DNA of 38,203 nt, from the NCBI GenBank assembly GCA_051530055.1, contig JBMGUZ010000021.1, positions 1-38,203 on the forward strand, read 5' to 3'. The position numbers were made by a program, and so were the translations under genes. Below, one piece after another: positions 1 through 11,859 of this stretch. Each line of letters starts with the position of its first letter. The first letter of the stretch is position 1. The stretch comes from Neoechinorhynchus agilis. Lineage: Eukaryota > Animalia > Acanthocephala. The notes beneath the pieces are model-generated. The model was given only the letters and a program-made list of their open reading frames with translations. It did not search any database and was not told the DNA's origin.

Positions 1-309
1 CAATGAGCCAATATCTTAATCGGGCATCGGTTTAGAACCGCTACTTACTGTTTGTTAGTTATTTACGCTTTAGGTGCCCTTTAGAAAGTTTTTCGATTTT
101 TGCACACTAAAGATGTTCAGGAAAGGAAACTTCTTGCAGTTTGCGTCTGACTGATTTCCGGTATCTTTTCTTTGATCATTTCCGCGTATTGTTAACAAAT
201 TATAAAACTTTAAGAATAATTAAGAGAAAGTGTCACATCGGATTATGCAAAAGCTTAGATTTAACTCCAGTATGAAATTTTTCTTTAATTTCTAGTTCCC
301 TCGGAGACT
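1..309 (+). repeat. Representative monomer (phase arbitrary, starting at caatgag)
   Basis: Hand count of a consensus-like unit: C53 G54 A88 T114 (~35% GC, T-rich + strand). It carries one HindIII site (aagctt, monomer pos 251-256) and one HpaI site (gttaac, 191-196), plus many A/T tracts. Confidence 0.97.
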
Positions 310-1690
310 CAATGAGCCAATATCTTCATCGGGCATCGGTTTAGAACCGCTACTTACTGTTTGTTATTAATGAACGCTTTAGGTGCCCTTTAGAAAGTTG
401 TTCGATTTTTGCTCACTGAAGATGTTCAGGAAAGGAAACTTCTTGCAGTTTGCGTCTGACTGATTTCCGGTATCTTTTCTTTGATCATTTCCGCGTATTG
501 TTAACAAATTATAAAACTTTAAGAACAGTTAAGAGAAAGTGTCACATCGGATTATGCAAAAGCTTAGATTTTGCTCCATTATTAAATTTTTCTTTAATTT
601 CTAGTTCCCTGGGAGACTCAATGAGCCAATATCTTCATCGGGCATCGGTTTAGAACCGCTACTTACTGCTTGTTATTAATGAAAGCTTAAGGTGCCCTTT
701 AGAAAGTTGTTCGATTTTTGCCCACTGAAGATGTTCAGCAAAGGAAACTTCTTGCAGTTTGCGTCTAACCGATTTAAGGTATTTGTTATTTGATCTTTTC
801 CGCGTATTATTAACAAATTATAAAACTCTAAGAATAATTAAGAGAAAGTGTCACATCGGATTATGCAAAAGCTTGGATTTTACTCCATTATTATATTTTT
901 CTTTAATTTCTAGTTCCCTCGGAGACTCAATGAGCCAATATCTTAATCGGGCATCTGTTTAGAACTGCCACTTACTGTTTGTTAGTAATGAACGCTTTAG
1001 GTGCCCTTTAGAAAGTTGTTCGATTTTTGCCCGCTTAAGATGTTCAGGAAAATAAACTTCTTGCAGTTTGCGTCTGACTGATTTCCGGTATTTTTTATTT
1101 GATCTTTTCCGCGTATTGTTAACAAATTATAAAACTTTAGGAATAATTAAGAGAAAGTGTCACATCGGATTATGCAAAAGCTTAGATTTAACTCCATTAT
1201 TAATTTTTTCTTTAATTTCTAGTTCCCTCGGAGACTCAATGAGCCAATATCTTAATCGGGCATCGGTTTAGAACTGCCACTTACTGTTTGTTAGTAATGA
1301 ACGCTTTAGGTGCCCTTTAGAAAGTTGTTCGATTTTTGCCCACTTAAGATGTTCAGGAAAATAAACTTCTTGCAGTTTGCGTCTGACTGATTTCCGGTAT
1401 TTTTTATTTGATCTTTTCCGCGTATTGTTAACAAATTATAAAACTTTAGGAATAATTAAGAGAAAGTGTCACATCGGATTATGCAAAAGCTTGGATTTAA
1501 CTCCGATATTAAATTTTTCTTTAATTTCTAGTTCCCTCGGAGGCTCAATGAGTCGATATCTTCATCGGGCATCGGTTTAGAACCGCTACTTACTGTTTGT
1601 TAGTAATGAACGCTTTAGGTGCCCTTTAGAAAGTTGTTCGATTTTTGCCCACTAAAGATGTTCAGCAAAGGAAACTTCTTGCAGTTTGCG
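95..1690 (+). repeat. Five-monomer cassette, copy A
   Basis: Ordered rare alleles gctcactg, aagaacagtt, ttttgctcc, ccctggg, ctaaccgatttaagg, gcatctgtt, gcccgcttaag and ggaggctc recur in the same order at +24,368. Confidence 0.9.
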
Positions 1691-1994
1691 TCTGACTGAT
1701 TTCCGGTATTTTTTATTTGATCTTTTCCGCGTATTGTTAACAAATTATAAAACTCTAAGAATAATTAAGAGAAAGTGTCACATCGGATTATGCAAAAGCT
1801 TAGATTTAACTCCAATATTAAATTTTTCTTTAATTTCTAGTTCCCTCGGAGACTCAATGAGCCAATATCTTCATCGGGCATCGGTTTAGAACCGCTACTT
1901 ACTGTTTGTTAGTAATGAACGCTTTAGGTGCCCTTTAGAAAGTTGTTCGATTTTTGCCCACTGAAGATGTTCAGCAAAGGAAACTTCTTGCAGT

Positions 1995-4900
1995 TTGCGT
2001 CTGACTGATTTCCGGTATTTTTATTTGATCTTTTCCGCGTATTGTTAACAAATTATAAAACTTTAGGAATAATTAAGAGAAAGTGTCACATCGGATTATG
2101 CAAAAGCTTAGATTTAACTCCATTATTAAATTTTTCTTTAATTTCTAGTTCCCTCGGAGACTCAATGAGCCAATATCTTCATCGGGCATCGGTTTAGAAC
2201 CGCTACTTACTGTTTGTTATTAATGGACGCTTAAGGTGCCCTTTAGAAAGTTGTTCGATTTTTGCCCACTAAAGATGTTCAGGAAAGGAAACTTCTTGCA
2301 GTTTGCGTCTGACTGATTTCCGGTATTTTTATTTGATCTTTTCCGCGTATTGTTAACAAATTATAAAACTTTAGGAATAATTAAGAGAAAGTGTCACATC
2401 GGATTATGCAAAAGCTTAGATTTAACTCCATTATTAAATTTTTCTTTAATTTCTAGTTCCCTCGGAGACTCAATGAGCCAATATCTTCATCGGGCATCGG
2501 TTTAGAACCGCTACTTACTGTTTGTTAGTAATGGACGCTTTAGGTGCCCTTTAGAAAGTTGTTCGATTTTTGCCACTAAAGATGTTCAGCAAAGGAAACT
2601 TCTTGCAGTTTGCGTCTGACTGATTTCCGGTAATTTTTATTTGATCATTTCCGCGTATTGTTAACAAATTATAAAACTTTAAGAATAATTAAGAGAAAGT
2701 GTCACATCGGATTATGCAAAAGCTTAGATTTAACTCCATTATTAAATTTTTCTTTAATTTCTAGTTCCCTCGGAGACTCAATGAGCCAATATCGTCATCG
2801 GGCATCGGTTTAGAACCGCTACTTACTGTTTGTTATTAATGGACGCTTAAGGTGCCCTTTAGAAAGTTGTTCGATTTTTGCCCACTAAAGATGTTCAGCA
2901 AAGGAAACTTCTTGCAGTTTGCGTCTAACTGATTTCCGGTATTTTTCTTTGATCATTTCCGCGTATTGTTAACAAATTATAAAACTTTAAGAATAATTAA
3001 GAGAAAGTGTCACATCGGATTATGCAAAAGCTTAGATTTAACTCCAGTATGAAATTTTTCTTTAATTTCTAGTTCCCTCGGAGACTCAATGAGCCAATAT
3101 CTTCATCGGGAATCGGTTTAGAACCGCTACTTACTGTTTGTTATTAATGGACGCTTAAGGTGCCCTTTAGAAAGTTGTTCGATTTTTTCCCACTAAAGAT
3201 GTTCAGCAAAGGAAACTTCTTGCAGTTTGCGTCTGACTGATTTCCGGTATTTTTATTTGATCTTTTCCGCGTATTGTTAACAAATTATAAAACTTTAAGA
3301 ATAATTAAGAGAAAGTGTCACATCGGATTATGCAAAAGCTTAGATTTAACTCCATTATTAAATTTTTCTTTTATTTCTAGTTCCCTCGGAGACTCAATGA
3401 GCCAATATCTTCATCGGGAATCGGTTTAGAACCGCTACTTACTGTTTGTTAGTAATGAACGCTTTAGGTGCCCTTTAGAAAGTTGTTCGTTTTTTGCCCA
3501 CTGAAGATGTTCAGGAAAGGAAACTTCTTGCAGTTTGCGTCTGACTCATTTCCGGTATTTTTTATTTGATCATTTCCGCGTATTATTAACAAATTATAAA
3601 ACTCTAAGAATAATTGAAAGTGTCACATCGGATTATGCAAAAGCTTAGATTTAACTCCATTATTAAATTTTTCTTTTATTTCTAGTTCCCTCGGAGACTC
3701 AATGAGCCAATATCTTCATCGGGAATCGGTTTAGAACCGCTACTTACTGTTTGTTATTAATGGACGCTTAAGGTGCCCTTTAGAAAGTTGTTCGATTTTT
3801 GCCCACTAAAGATGTTCAGCAAAGGAAACTTCTTGCAGTTTGCGTCTGACTGATTTCCGGTATTTTTCATTTGATCATTTCCGCGTATTGTTAACAAATT
3901 ATAAAACTTTAATAATTAAGAGAAAGTGTCACATCGGATTATGCAAAAGCTTAGATTTAACTCCATTATTAAATTTTTCTTTAATTTCTAGTTCCCTCGG
4001 AGACTCAATGAGCCAATATCTTCATCGGGCATCGGTTTAGAACCGCTACTTACTGTTTGTTATTAATGGACGCTTTAGGTGCCCTTTAGAAAGTTTGATT
4101 TTTGCCACTAAAGATGTTCAGCAAAGGAAACTTCTTGCAGTTTGCGTCTGACTGATTTCCGGTATTTTTCATTTGATCATTTCCGCGTATTGTTAACAAA
4201 TTATAAAACTTTAACAATAATTAAGAGAAAGTGTCACATCGGATTATGCAAAAGCTTAGATTTAACTCCAGTATGAAATTTTTCTTTAATTTCTAGTTCC
4301 CTCGGAGACTCAATGAGCCAATATCTTCATCGGGAATCGGTTTAGAACCGCTACTTACTGTTTGTTATTAATGGACGCTTAAGGTGCCCTTTAGAAAGTT
4401 GTTCGATTTTTGCCCACTAAAGATGTTCAGGAAAGGAAACTTCTTGCAGTTTGCGTCTGACTCATTTCCGGTATTTTTTATTTGATCATTTCCGCGTATT
4501 GTTAACAAATTATAAAACTTTAAGAATAATTAAGAGAAAGTGTCACATCGGATTATGCAAAAGCTTAGATTTAACTCAAAAATTAAATTTTTCTTTTATT
4601 TTTTAGTTCCCTCGGAGACTCAATGAGCCAATATCTTCATCGGGAATCGGTTTAGAACCGCCACTTACTGTTTGTTAGTAATGAACGCTTTAGGTGCCCT
4701 TTAGAAAGTTGTTCGTTTTTTGCCCACTGAAGATGTTCAGGAAAGGAAACTTCTTGCAGTTTGCGTCTGACTCATTTCCGGTATTTTTTATTTGATCATT
4801 TCCGCGTATTGTTAACAAATTATAAAACTTTAAGAATAATTAAGAGAAAGTGTCACATCGGATTATGCAAAAGCTTAGATTTAACTCCAGTATGAAATTT

Positions 4901-5420
4901 TTCTTTAATTTCTAGTTCCCTCGGAGACTCAATGAGCCAATATCTTCATCGGGCATCGGTTTAGAACCGCTACTTACTGCTTGTTATTAATGAAAGCTTT
5001 AGGTGCCCTTTAGAAAGTTGTTCGATTTTTGCCCACTAAAGATGTTCAGCAAAGGAAACTTCTTGCAGTTTGCGTCTGACTGATTTCCGGTATCTTTTCT
5101 TTGATCATTTCCGCGTATTGTTAACAAATTATAAAACTTTAACAATAATTAAGAGAAAGTGTCACATCGGATTATGCAAAAGCTTAGATTTAACTCAAAA
5201 ATTAAATTTTTCTTTAATTTCTAGTTCCCTCGGAGACTCGATGAGCCAATATCTTGATCGGGCATCGGTTTAGAACCGCTACTTACTGCTTGTTATTAAT
5301 GAAAGTTTTAGGTGCCCTTTAGAAAGTTGTTCGATTTTTGCCCACTAAAGATGTTCAGTAAAGGAAACTTCTTGCAGTTTTCGTCTAACTGATTTCCGGT
5401 ATTTTTATTTGATCTTTTCC
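1995..5420 (+). repeat. ~11-monomer block, copy 1 (partner ~4.93 kb downstream)
   Basis: Markers ggtaatttt, atatcgtcatc, gattttttccc, the 4-bp deletion aataattgaaag, cttttattttttag and gcagttttcgtc recur in order at +4926 to +4934. Confidence 0.85.
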
Positions 5421-6920
5421 GCGTATTGTTAACAAATTATAAAACTTTAACAATAATTAAGAGAAAGTGTCACATCGGATTATGCAAAAGCTTAGATTTA
5501 ACTCGAGTATTAAATTTTTCTTTAATTTCTAGTTCCCTCGGAGACTCAATGAGTCGATATCTTCATCGGGCATCGGTTTAGAACCGCTACTTACTGCTTG
5601 TTATTAATGAAAGCTTTAGGTGCCCTTTAGAAAGTTGTTCGATTTTTGCCACTAAAGATGTTCAGCAAAGGAAACTTCTTGCAGTTTGCGTCTGACTGAT
5701 TTCCGGTATCTTTTCTTTGATCATTTCCGCGTATTGTTAACAAATTATAAAACTTTAAGAATAATTAAGAGAAAGTGTCACATCGGATTATGCAAAAGCT
5801 TAGATTTAACTCCAATATTAAATTTTTCTTTAATTTCTAGTTCCCTCGGAGACTCGATGAGCCAATATCTTCATCGGGCATCGGTTTAGAACCGCTACTT
5901 ACTGTTTGTTATTAATGGACGCTTAAGGTGCCCTTTAGAAAGTTGTTCGATTTTTGCCCACTAAAGATGTTCAGCAAAGGAAACTTCTTGCAGTTTGCGT
6001 ATAACTTATTTCCGGTATTTTTATTTGATCTTTTCCGCGTATTGTTAACAAATTATAAAACTTTAACAATAATTAAGAGAAAGTGTCACATCGGATTATG
6101 AAAAAGCTTAGATTTAACTCCATTATTAAATTTTTCTTTGATTTCTAGTTCCCTCGGAGACTCAATGAGCCAATATCTTCATCGGGAATCGGTTTAGAAC
6201 CGCTACTTACTGTTTGTTATTAATGGACGCTTAAGGTGCCCTTTAGAAAGTTGTTCGATTTTTGCCCACTAAAGATGTTCAGCAAAGGAAACTTCTTGCA
6301 GTTTGCGTCTGACTGATTTCCGGTATTTTTCATTTGATCATTTCCGCGTATTGTTAACAAATTATAAAACTTTAAGAATAATTAAGAGAAAGTGTCACAT
6401 CGGATTATGCAAAAGCTTAGATTTAACTCCAGTATGAAATTTTTCTTTAATTTCTAGTTCCCTCGGAGACTCAATGAGTCGATATCTTCATCGGGCATCG
6501 GTTTAGAACCGCTACTTACTGTTTGTTATTAATGAACGCTTTAGGTGCCCTTTAGAAAGTTGTTCGATTTTTGCCCACTAAAGATGTTCAGCAAAGGAAA
6601 CTTCTTGCAGTTTGCGTCTGACTGATTTCCGGTATCTTTTCTTTGATCATTTCCGCGTATTGTTAACAAATTATAAAACTTTAACAATAATTAAGAGAAA
6701 GTGTCACATCGGATTATGCAAAAGCTTAGATTTAACTCAAAAATTAAATTTTTCTTTAATTTCTAGTTCCCTCGGAGACTCAATGAGCCAATATCTTCAT
6801 CGGGCATCGGTTTAGAACCGCTACTTACTGCTTGTTATTAATGAACGCTTTAGGTGCCCTTTAGAAAGTTGTTCGATTTTTGCCCACTAAAGATGTTCAG
6901 CAAAGGAAACTTCTTGCAGT

Positions 6921-9900
6921 TTGCGTCTAACTGATTTCCGGTATTTTTATTTGATCTTTTCCGCGTATTGTTAACAAATTATAAAACTTTAGGAATAGTT
7001 AAGAGAAAGTGTCACATCGGATTATGCAAAAGCTTAGATTTAACTCCATTATTAAATTTTTCTTTTATTTCTAGTTCCCTCGGAGACTCAATGAGCCAAT
7101 ATCTTCATCGGGCATCGGTTTAGAACCGCTACTTACTGTTTGTTATTAATGGACGCTTAAGGTGCCCTTTAGAAAGTTGTTCGATTTTTGCCCACTAAAG
7201 ATGTTCAGGAAAGGAAACTTCTTGCAGTTTGCGTCTGACTGATTTCCGGTATTTTTATTTGATCTTTTCCGCGTATTGTTAACAAATTATAAAACTTTAA
7301 GAATAATTAAGAGAAAGTGTCACATCGGATTATGCAAAAGCTTAGATTTAACTCCATTATTAAATTTTTCTTTTATTTCTAGTTCCCTCGGAGACTCAAT
7401 GAGCCAATATCTTCATCGGGAATCGGTTTAGAACCGCTACTTACTGTTTGTTAGTAATGGACGCTTTAGGTGCCCTTCAGAAAGTTGTTTGATTTTTGCC
7501 ACTAAAGATGTTCAGCAAAGGAAACTTCTTGCAGTTTGCGTCTGACTGATTTCCGGTAATTTTTATTTGATCATTTCCGCGTATTGTTAACAAATTATAA
7601 AACTTTAGGAATAGTTAAGAGAAAGTGTCACATCGGATTATGCAAAAGCTTAGATTTAACTCCATTATTAAATTTTTCTTTAATTTCTAGTTCCCTCGGA
7701 GACTCGATGAGCCAATATCGTCATCGGGCATCGGTTTAGAACCGCTACTTACTGTTTGTTATTAATGGACGCTTAAGGTGCCCTTTAGAAAGTTGTTCGA
7801 TTTTTGCCCACTAAAGATGTTCAGCAAAGGAAACTTCTTGCAGTTTGCGTCTGACTGATTTCCGGTATCTTTTCTTTGATCATTTCCGCGTATTGTTAAC
7901 AAATTATAAAACTTTAAGAATAATTAAGAGAAAGTGTCACATCGGATTATGCAAAAGCTTAGATTTAACTCCAGTATGAAATTTTTCTTAAATTTTTAGT
8001 TCCCTCGGAGACTCGATGAGCCAATATCTTCATCGGGAATCGGTTTAGAACCGCAACTTACTGTTTGTTATTAATGGACGCTTAAGGTGCCCTTTAGAAA
8101 GTTGTTCGATTTTTTCCCACTAAAGATGTTCAGCAAAGGAAACTTCTTGCAGTTTGCGTCTAACTTATTTCCGGTATTTTTATTTGATCTTTTCCGCGTA
8201 TTGTTAACAAATTATAAAACTTTAGGAATAGTTAAGAGAAAGTGTCACATCGGATTATGCAAAAGCTTAGATTTAACTCCATTATTAAATTTTTCTTTTA
8301 TTTCTAGTTCCCTCGGAGACTCAATGAGCCAATATCTTCATCGGGAATCGGTTTAGAACCGCCACTTACTGTTTGTTAGTAATGAACGCTTTAGGTGCCC
8401 TTTAGAAAGTTGTTCGTTTTTTGCCCACTGAAGATGTTCAGGAAAGGAAACTTCTTGCAGTTTGCGTCTGACTCATTTCCGGTATTTTTTATTTGATCAT
8501 TTCCGCGTATTATTAACAAATTATAAAACTCTAAGAATAATTGAAAGTGTCACATCGGATTATGCAAAAGCTTAGATTTAACTCCATTATTAAATTTTTC
8601 TTTTATTTCTAGTTCCCTCGGAGACTCAATGAGCCAATATCTTCATCGGGAATCGGTTTAGAACCGCTACTTACTGTTTGTTATTAATGGACGCTTAAGG
8701 TGCCCTTTAGAAAGTTGTTCGATTTTTGCACACTAAAGATGTTCAGCAAAGGAAACTTCTTGCAGTTTGCGTCTGACTGATTTCCGGTATTTTTCATTTG
8801 ATCATTTCCGCGTATTATTAACAAATTATAAAACTTTAACAATAATTAAGAGAAAGTGTCACATCGGATTATGCAAAAGCTTAGATTTAACTCCATTATT
8901 AAATTTTTCTTTGATTTCTAGTTCCCTCGGAGACTCAATGAGCCAATATCTTCATCGGGAATCGGTTTAGAACCGCTACTTACTGTTTGTTATTAATGGA
9001 CGCTTAAGGTGCCCTTTAGAAAGTTGTTCGATTTTTTCCCACTAAAGATGTTCAGCAAAGGAAACTTCTTGCAGTTTGCGTCTGACTGATTTCCGGTATT
9101 TTTCATTTGATCATTTCCGCGTATTGTTAACAAATTATAAAACTTTAACAATAATTAAGAGAAAGTGTCACATCGGATTATGAAAAAGCTTAGATTTAAC
9201 TCCAGTATGAAATTTTTCTTTAATTTCTAGTTCCCTCGGAGACTCGATGAGCCAATATCTTCATCGGGAATCGGTTTAGAACCGCTACTTACTGTTTGTT
9301 ATTAATGGACGCTTAAGGTGCCCTTTAGAAAGTTGTTCGATTTTTGCCCACTAAAGATGTTCAGGAAAGGAAACTTCTTGCAGTTTGCGTCTGACTCATT
9401 TCCGGTATTTTTTATTTGATCATTTCCGCGTATTGTTAACAAATTATAAAACTTTAAGAATAATTAAGAGAAAGTGTCACATCGGATTATGCAAAAGCTT
9501 AGATTTAACTCAAAAATTAAATTTTTCTTTTATTTTTTAGTTCCCTCGGAGACTCAATGAGCCAATATCTTCATCGGGAATCGGTTTAGAACCGCCACTT
9601 ACTGTTTGTTAGTAATGAACGCTTTAGGTGCCCTTTAGAAAGTTGTTCGTTTTTTGCCCACTGAAGATGTTCAGGAAAGGAAACTTCTTGCAGTTTGCGT
9701 CTGACTCATTTCCGGTATTTTTTATTTGATCATTTCCGCGTATTGTTAACAAATTATAAAACTTTAAGAATAATTAAGAGAAAGTGTCACATCGGATTAT
9801 GCAAAAGCTTAGATTTAACTCCAGTATGAAATTTTTCTTTAATTTCTAGTTCCCTCGGAGACTCAATGAGCCAATATCTTCATCGGGCATCGGTTTAGAA

Positions 9901-10355
9901 CCGCTACTTACTGCTTGTTATTAATGAAAGCTTTAGGTGCCCTTTAGAAAGTTGTTCGATTTTTGCCCACTAAAGATGTTCAGCAAAGGAAACTTCTTGC
10001 AGTTTGCGTCTGACTGATTTCCGGTATCTTTTCTTTGATCATTTCCGCGTATTGTTAACAAATTATAAAACTTTAACAATAATTAAGAGAAAGTGTCACA
10101 TCGGATTATGCAAAAGCTTAGATTTAACTCAAAAATTAAATTTTTCTTTAATTTCTAGTTCCCTCGGAGACTCGATGAGCCAATATCTTCATCGGGCATC
10201 GGTTTAGAACCGCTACTTACTGCTTGTTATTAATGAAAGCTTTAGGTGCCCTTTAGAAAGTTGTTCGATTTTTGCCCACTAAAGATGTTCAGCAAAGGAA
10301 ACTTCTTGCAGTTTTCGTCTAACTGATTTCCGGTATTTTTATTTGATCTTTTCCG
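6921..10355 (+). repeat. ~11-monomer block, copy 2
   Basis: The same ordered markers as 1995-5420, e.g. the 4-bp deletion at ~3616 and ~8543. Confidence 0.85.
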
Positions 10356-11859
10356 CGTATTGTTAACAAATTATAAAACTTTAAGAATAATTAAGAGAAA
10401 GTGTCACATCGGATTATGCAAAAGCTTAGATTTAACTCCATTATTAAATTTTTCTTTTATTTCTAGTTCCCTCGGAGACTCAATGAGCCAATATCTTCAT
10501 CGGGAATCGGTTTAGAACCGCTACTTACTGTTTGTTATTAATGGACGCTTAAGGTGCCCAATAGAAAGTTGTTCGATTTTTGCCCACTAAAGATGTTCAG
10601 CAAAGGAAACTTCTTGCAGTTTGCGTCTGACTGATTTCCGGTATTTTTATTTGATCTTTTCCGCGTATTGTTAACAAATTATAAAACTTTAGGAATAATT
10701 AAGAGAAAGTGTCACATCGGATTATGCAAAAGCTTAGATTTAACTCCATTATTAAATTTTTCTTTTATTTCTAGTTCCCTCGGAGACTCAATGAGCCAAT
10801 ATCTTCATCGGGAATCGGTTTAGAACCGCTACTTACTGTTTGTTATTAATGGACGCTTAAGGTGCCCTTTAGAAAGTTGTTCGATTTTTGCCCACTAAAG
10901 ATGTTCAGGAAAGGAAACTTCTTGCAGTTTGCGTCTGACTCATTTCCGGTATTTTTTATTTGATCATTTCCGCGTATTGTTAACAAATTATAAAACTTTA
11001 AGAATAATTAAGAGAAAGTGTCACATCGGATTATGCAAAAGCTTAGATTTAACTCCATTATTAAATTTTTCTTTTATTTCTAGTTCCCTCGGAGACTCAA
11101 TGAGCCAATATCTTCATCGGGAATCGGTTTAGAACCGCCACTTACTGTTTGTTAGTAATGGACGCTTAAGGTGCCCTTTAGAAAGTTGTTCGTTTTTTAC
11201 CCACTGAAGATGTTCAGGAAAGGAAACTTCTTGCAGTTTGCGTCTGACTAATTTCCGGTATTTTTTATTTGATCATTTCCGCGTATTCTTAACAAATTAT
11301 AAAACTTTAGGAATAATTAAGAGAAAGTGTCACATCGGATTATGCAAAAGCTTAGATTTAACTCCAGTATGAAATTTTTCTTTAATTTCTAGTTCCCTCG
11401 GAGACTCAATGAGCCAATATCTTCATCGGGAATCGGTTTAGAACCGCCACTTACTGTTCGTTAGTAATGAACGCTTTAGGTGCCCTTTAGAAAGTTGTTC
11501 GTTTTTTGCCCACTGTGATGTTCAGGAAAGGAAACTTCTTGCAGTTTGCGTCTGACTCATTTCCGCTATTTTTTATTTGATCATTTCCGCGTATTGTTAA
11601 CAAATTATAAAACTTTAAGAATAATTAAGAGAAAGTGTCACATCGGATTATGCAAAAGCTTAGATTTAACTCCAGTATGAAATTTTTCTTTAATTTCTAG
11701 TTCCCTCGGAGACTCAATGAGTCGATATCTTCATCGGGCATCGGTTTGGAACCGCTACTTACTGCTTGTTATTAACGAAAGCTTTAGGTGCCCTTTAGAA
11801 AGTTGTTCGATTTTTGCCCACTAAAGATGTTCAGCAAAGGAAACTTCTTGCAGTTTGCG

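Noticed and set aside
90-106. CENP-B box-like motif (ttcg...ccc)
   Set aside because: It does not fit the TTCGnnnnAnnCGGG core on either strand.
29-140. Spliced-leader or snRNA-like motifs: ggttt start, tag/gt donor-like site at 71-75 and an Sm-like atttttg at 96-102
   Set aside because: It matches no SL exon I know. The motifs are short and expected in T-rich DNA, recurrent alleles (cgttttttg, gattttttcc) break the Sm-like site, and I see no convincing stem-loops. An Rfam/Infernal scan would be decisive.
69-214. Telomere-like tttagg hexamers
   Set aside because: These are isolated hexamers with no tandem runs. The two copies are better explained by the internal A/B subunit duplication.
1-309. 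Tandem 5S rRNA, tRNA or rDNA spacer unit
   Set aside because: No recognisable 5S sequence, tRNA cloverleaf, or Pol III A/B box pair.
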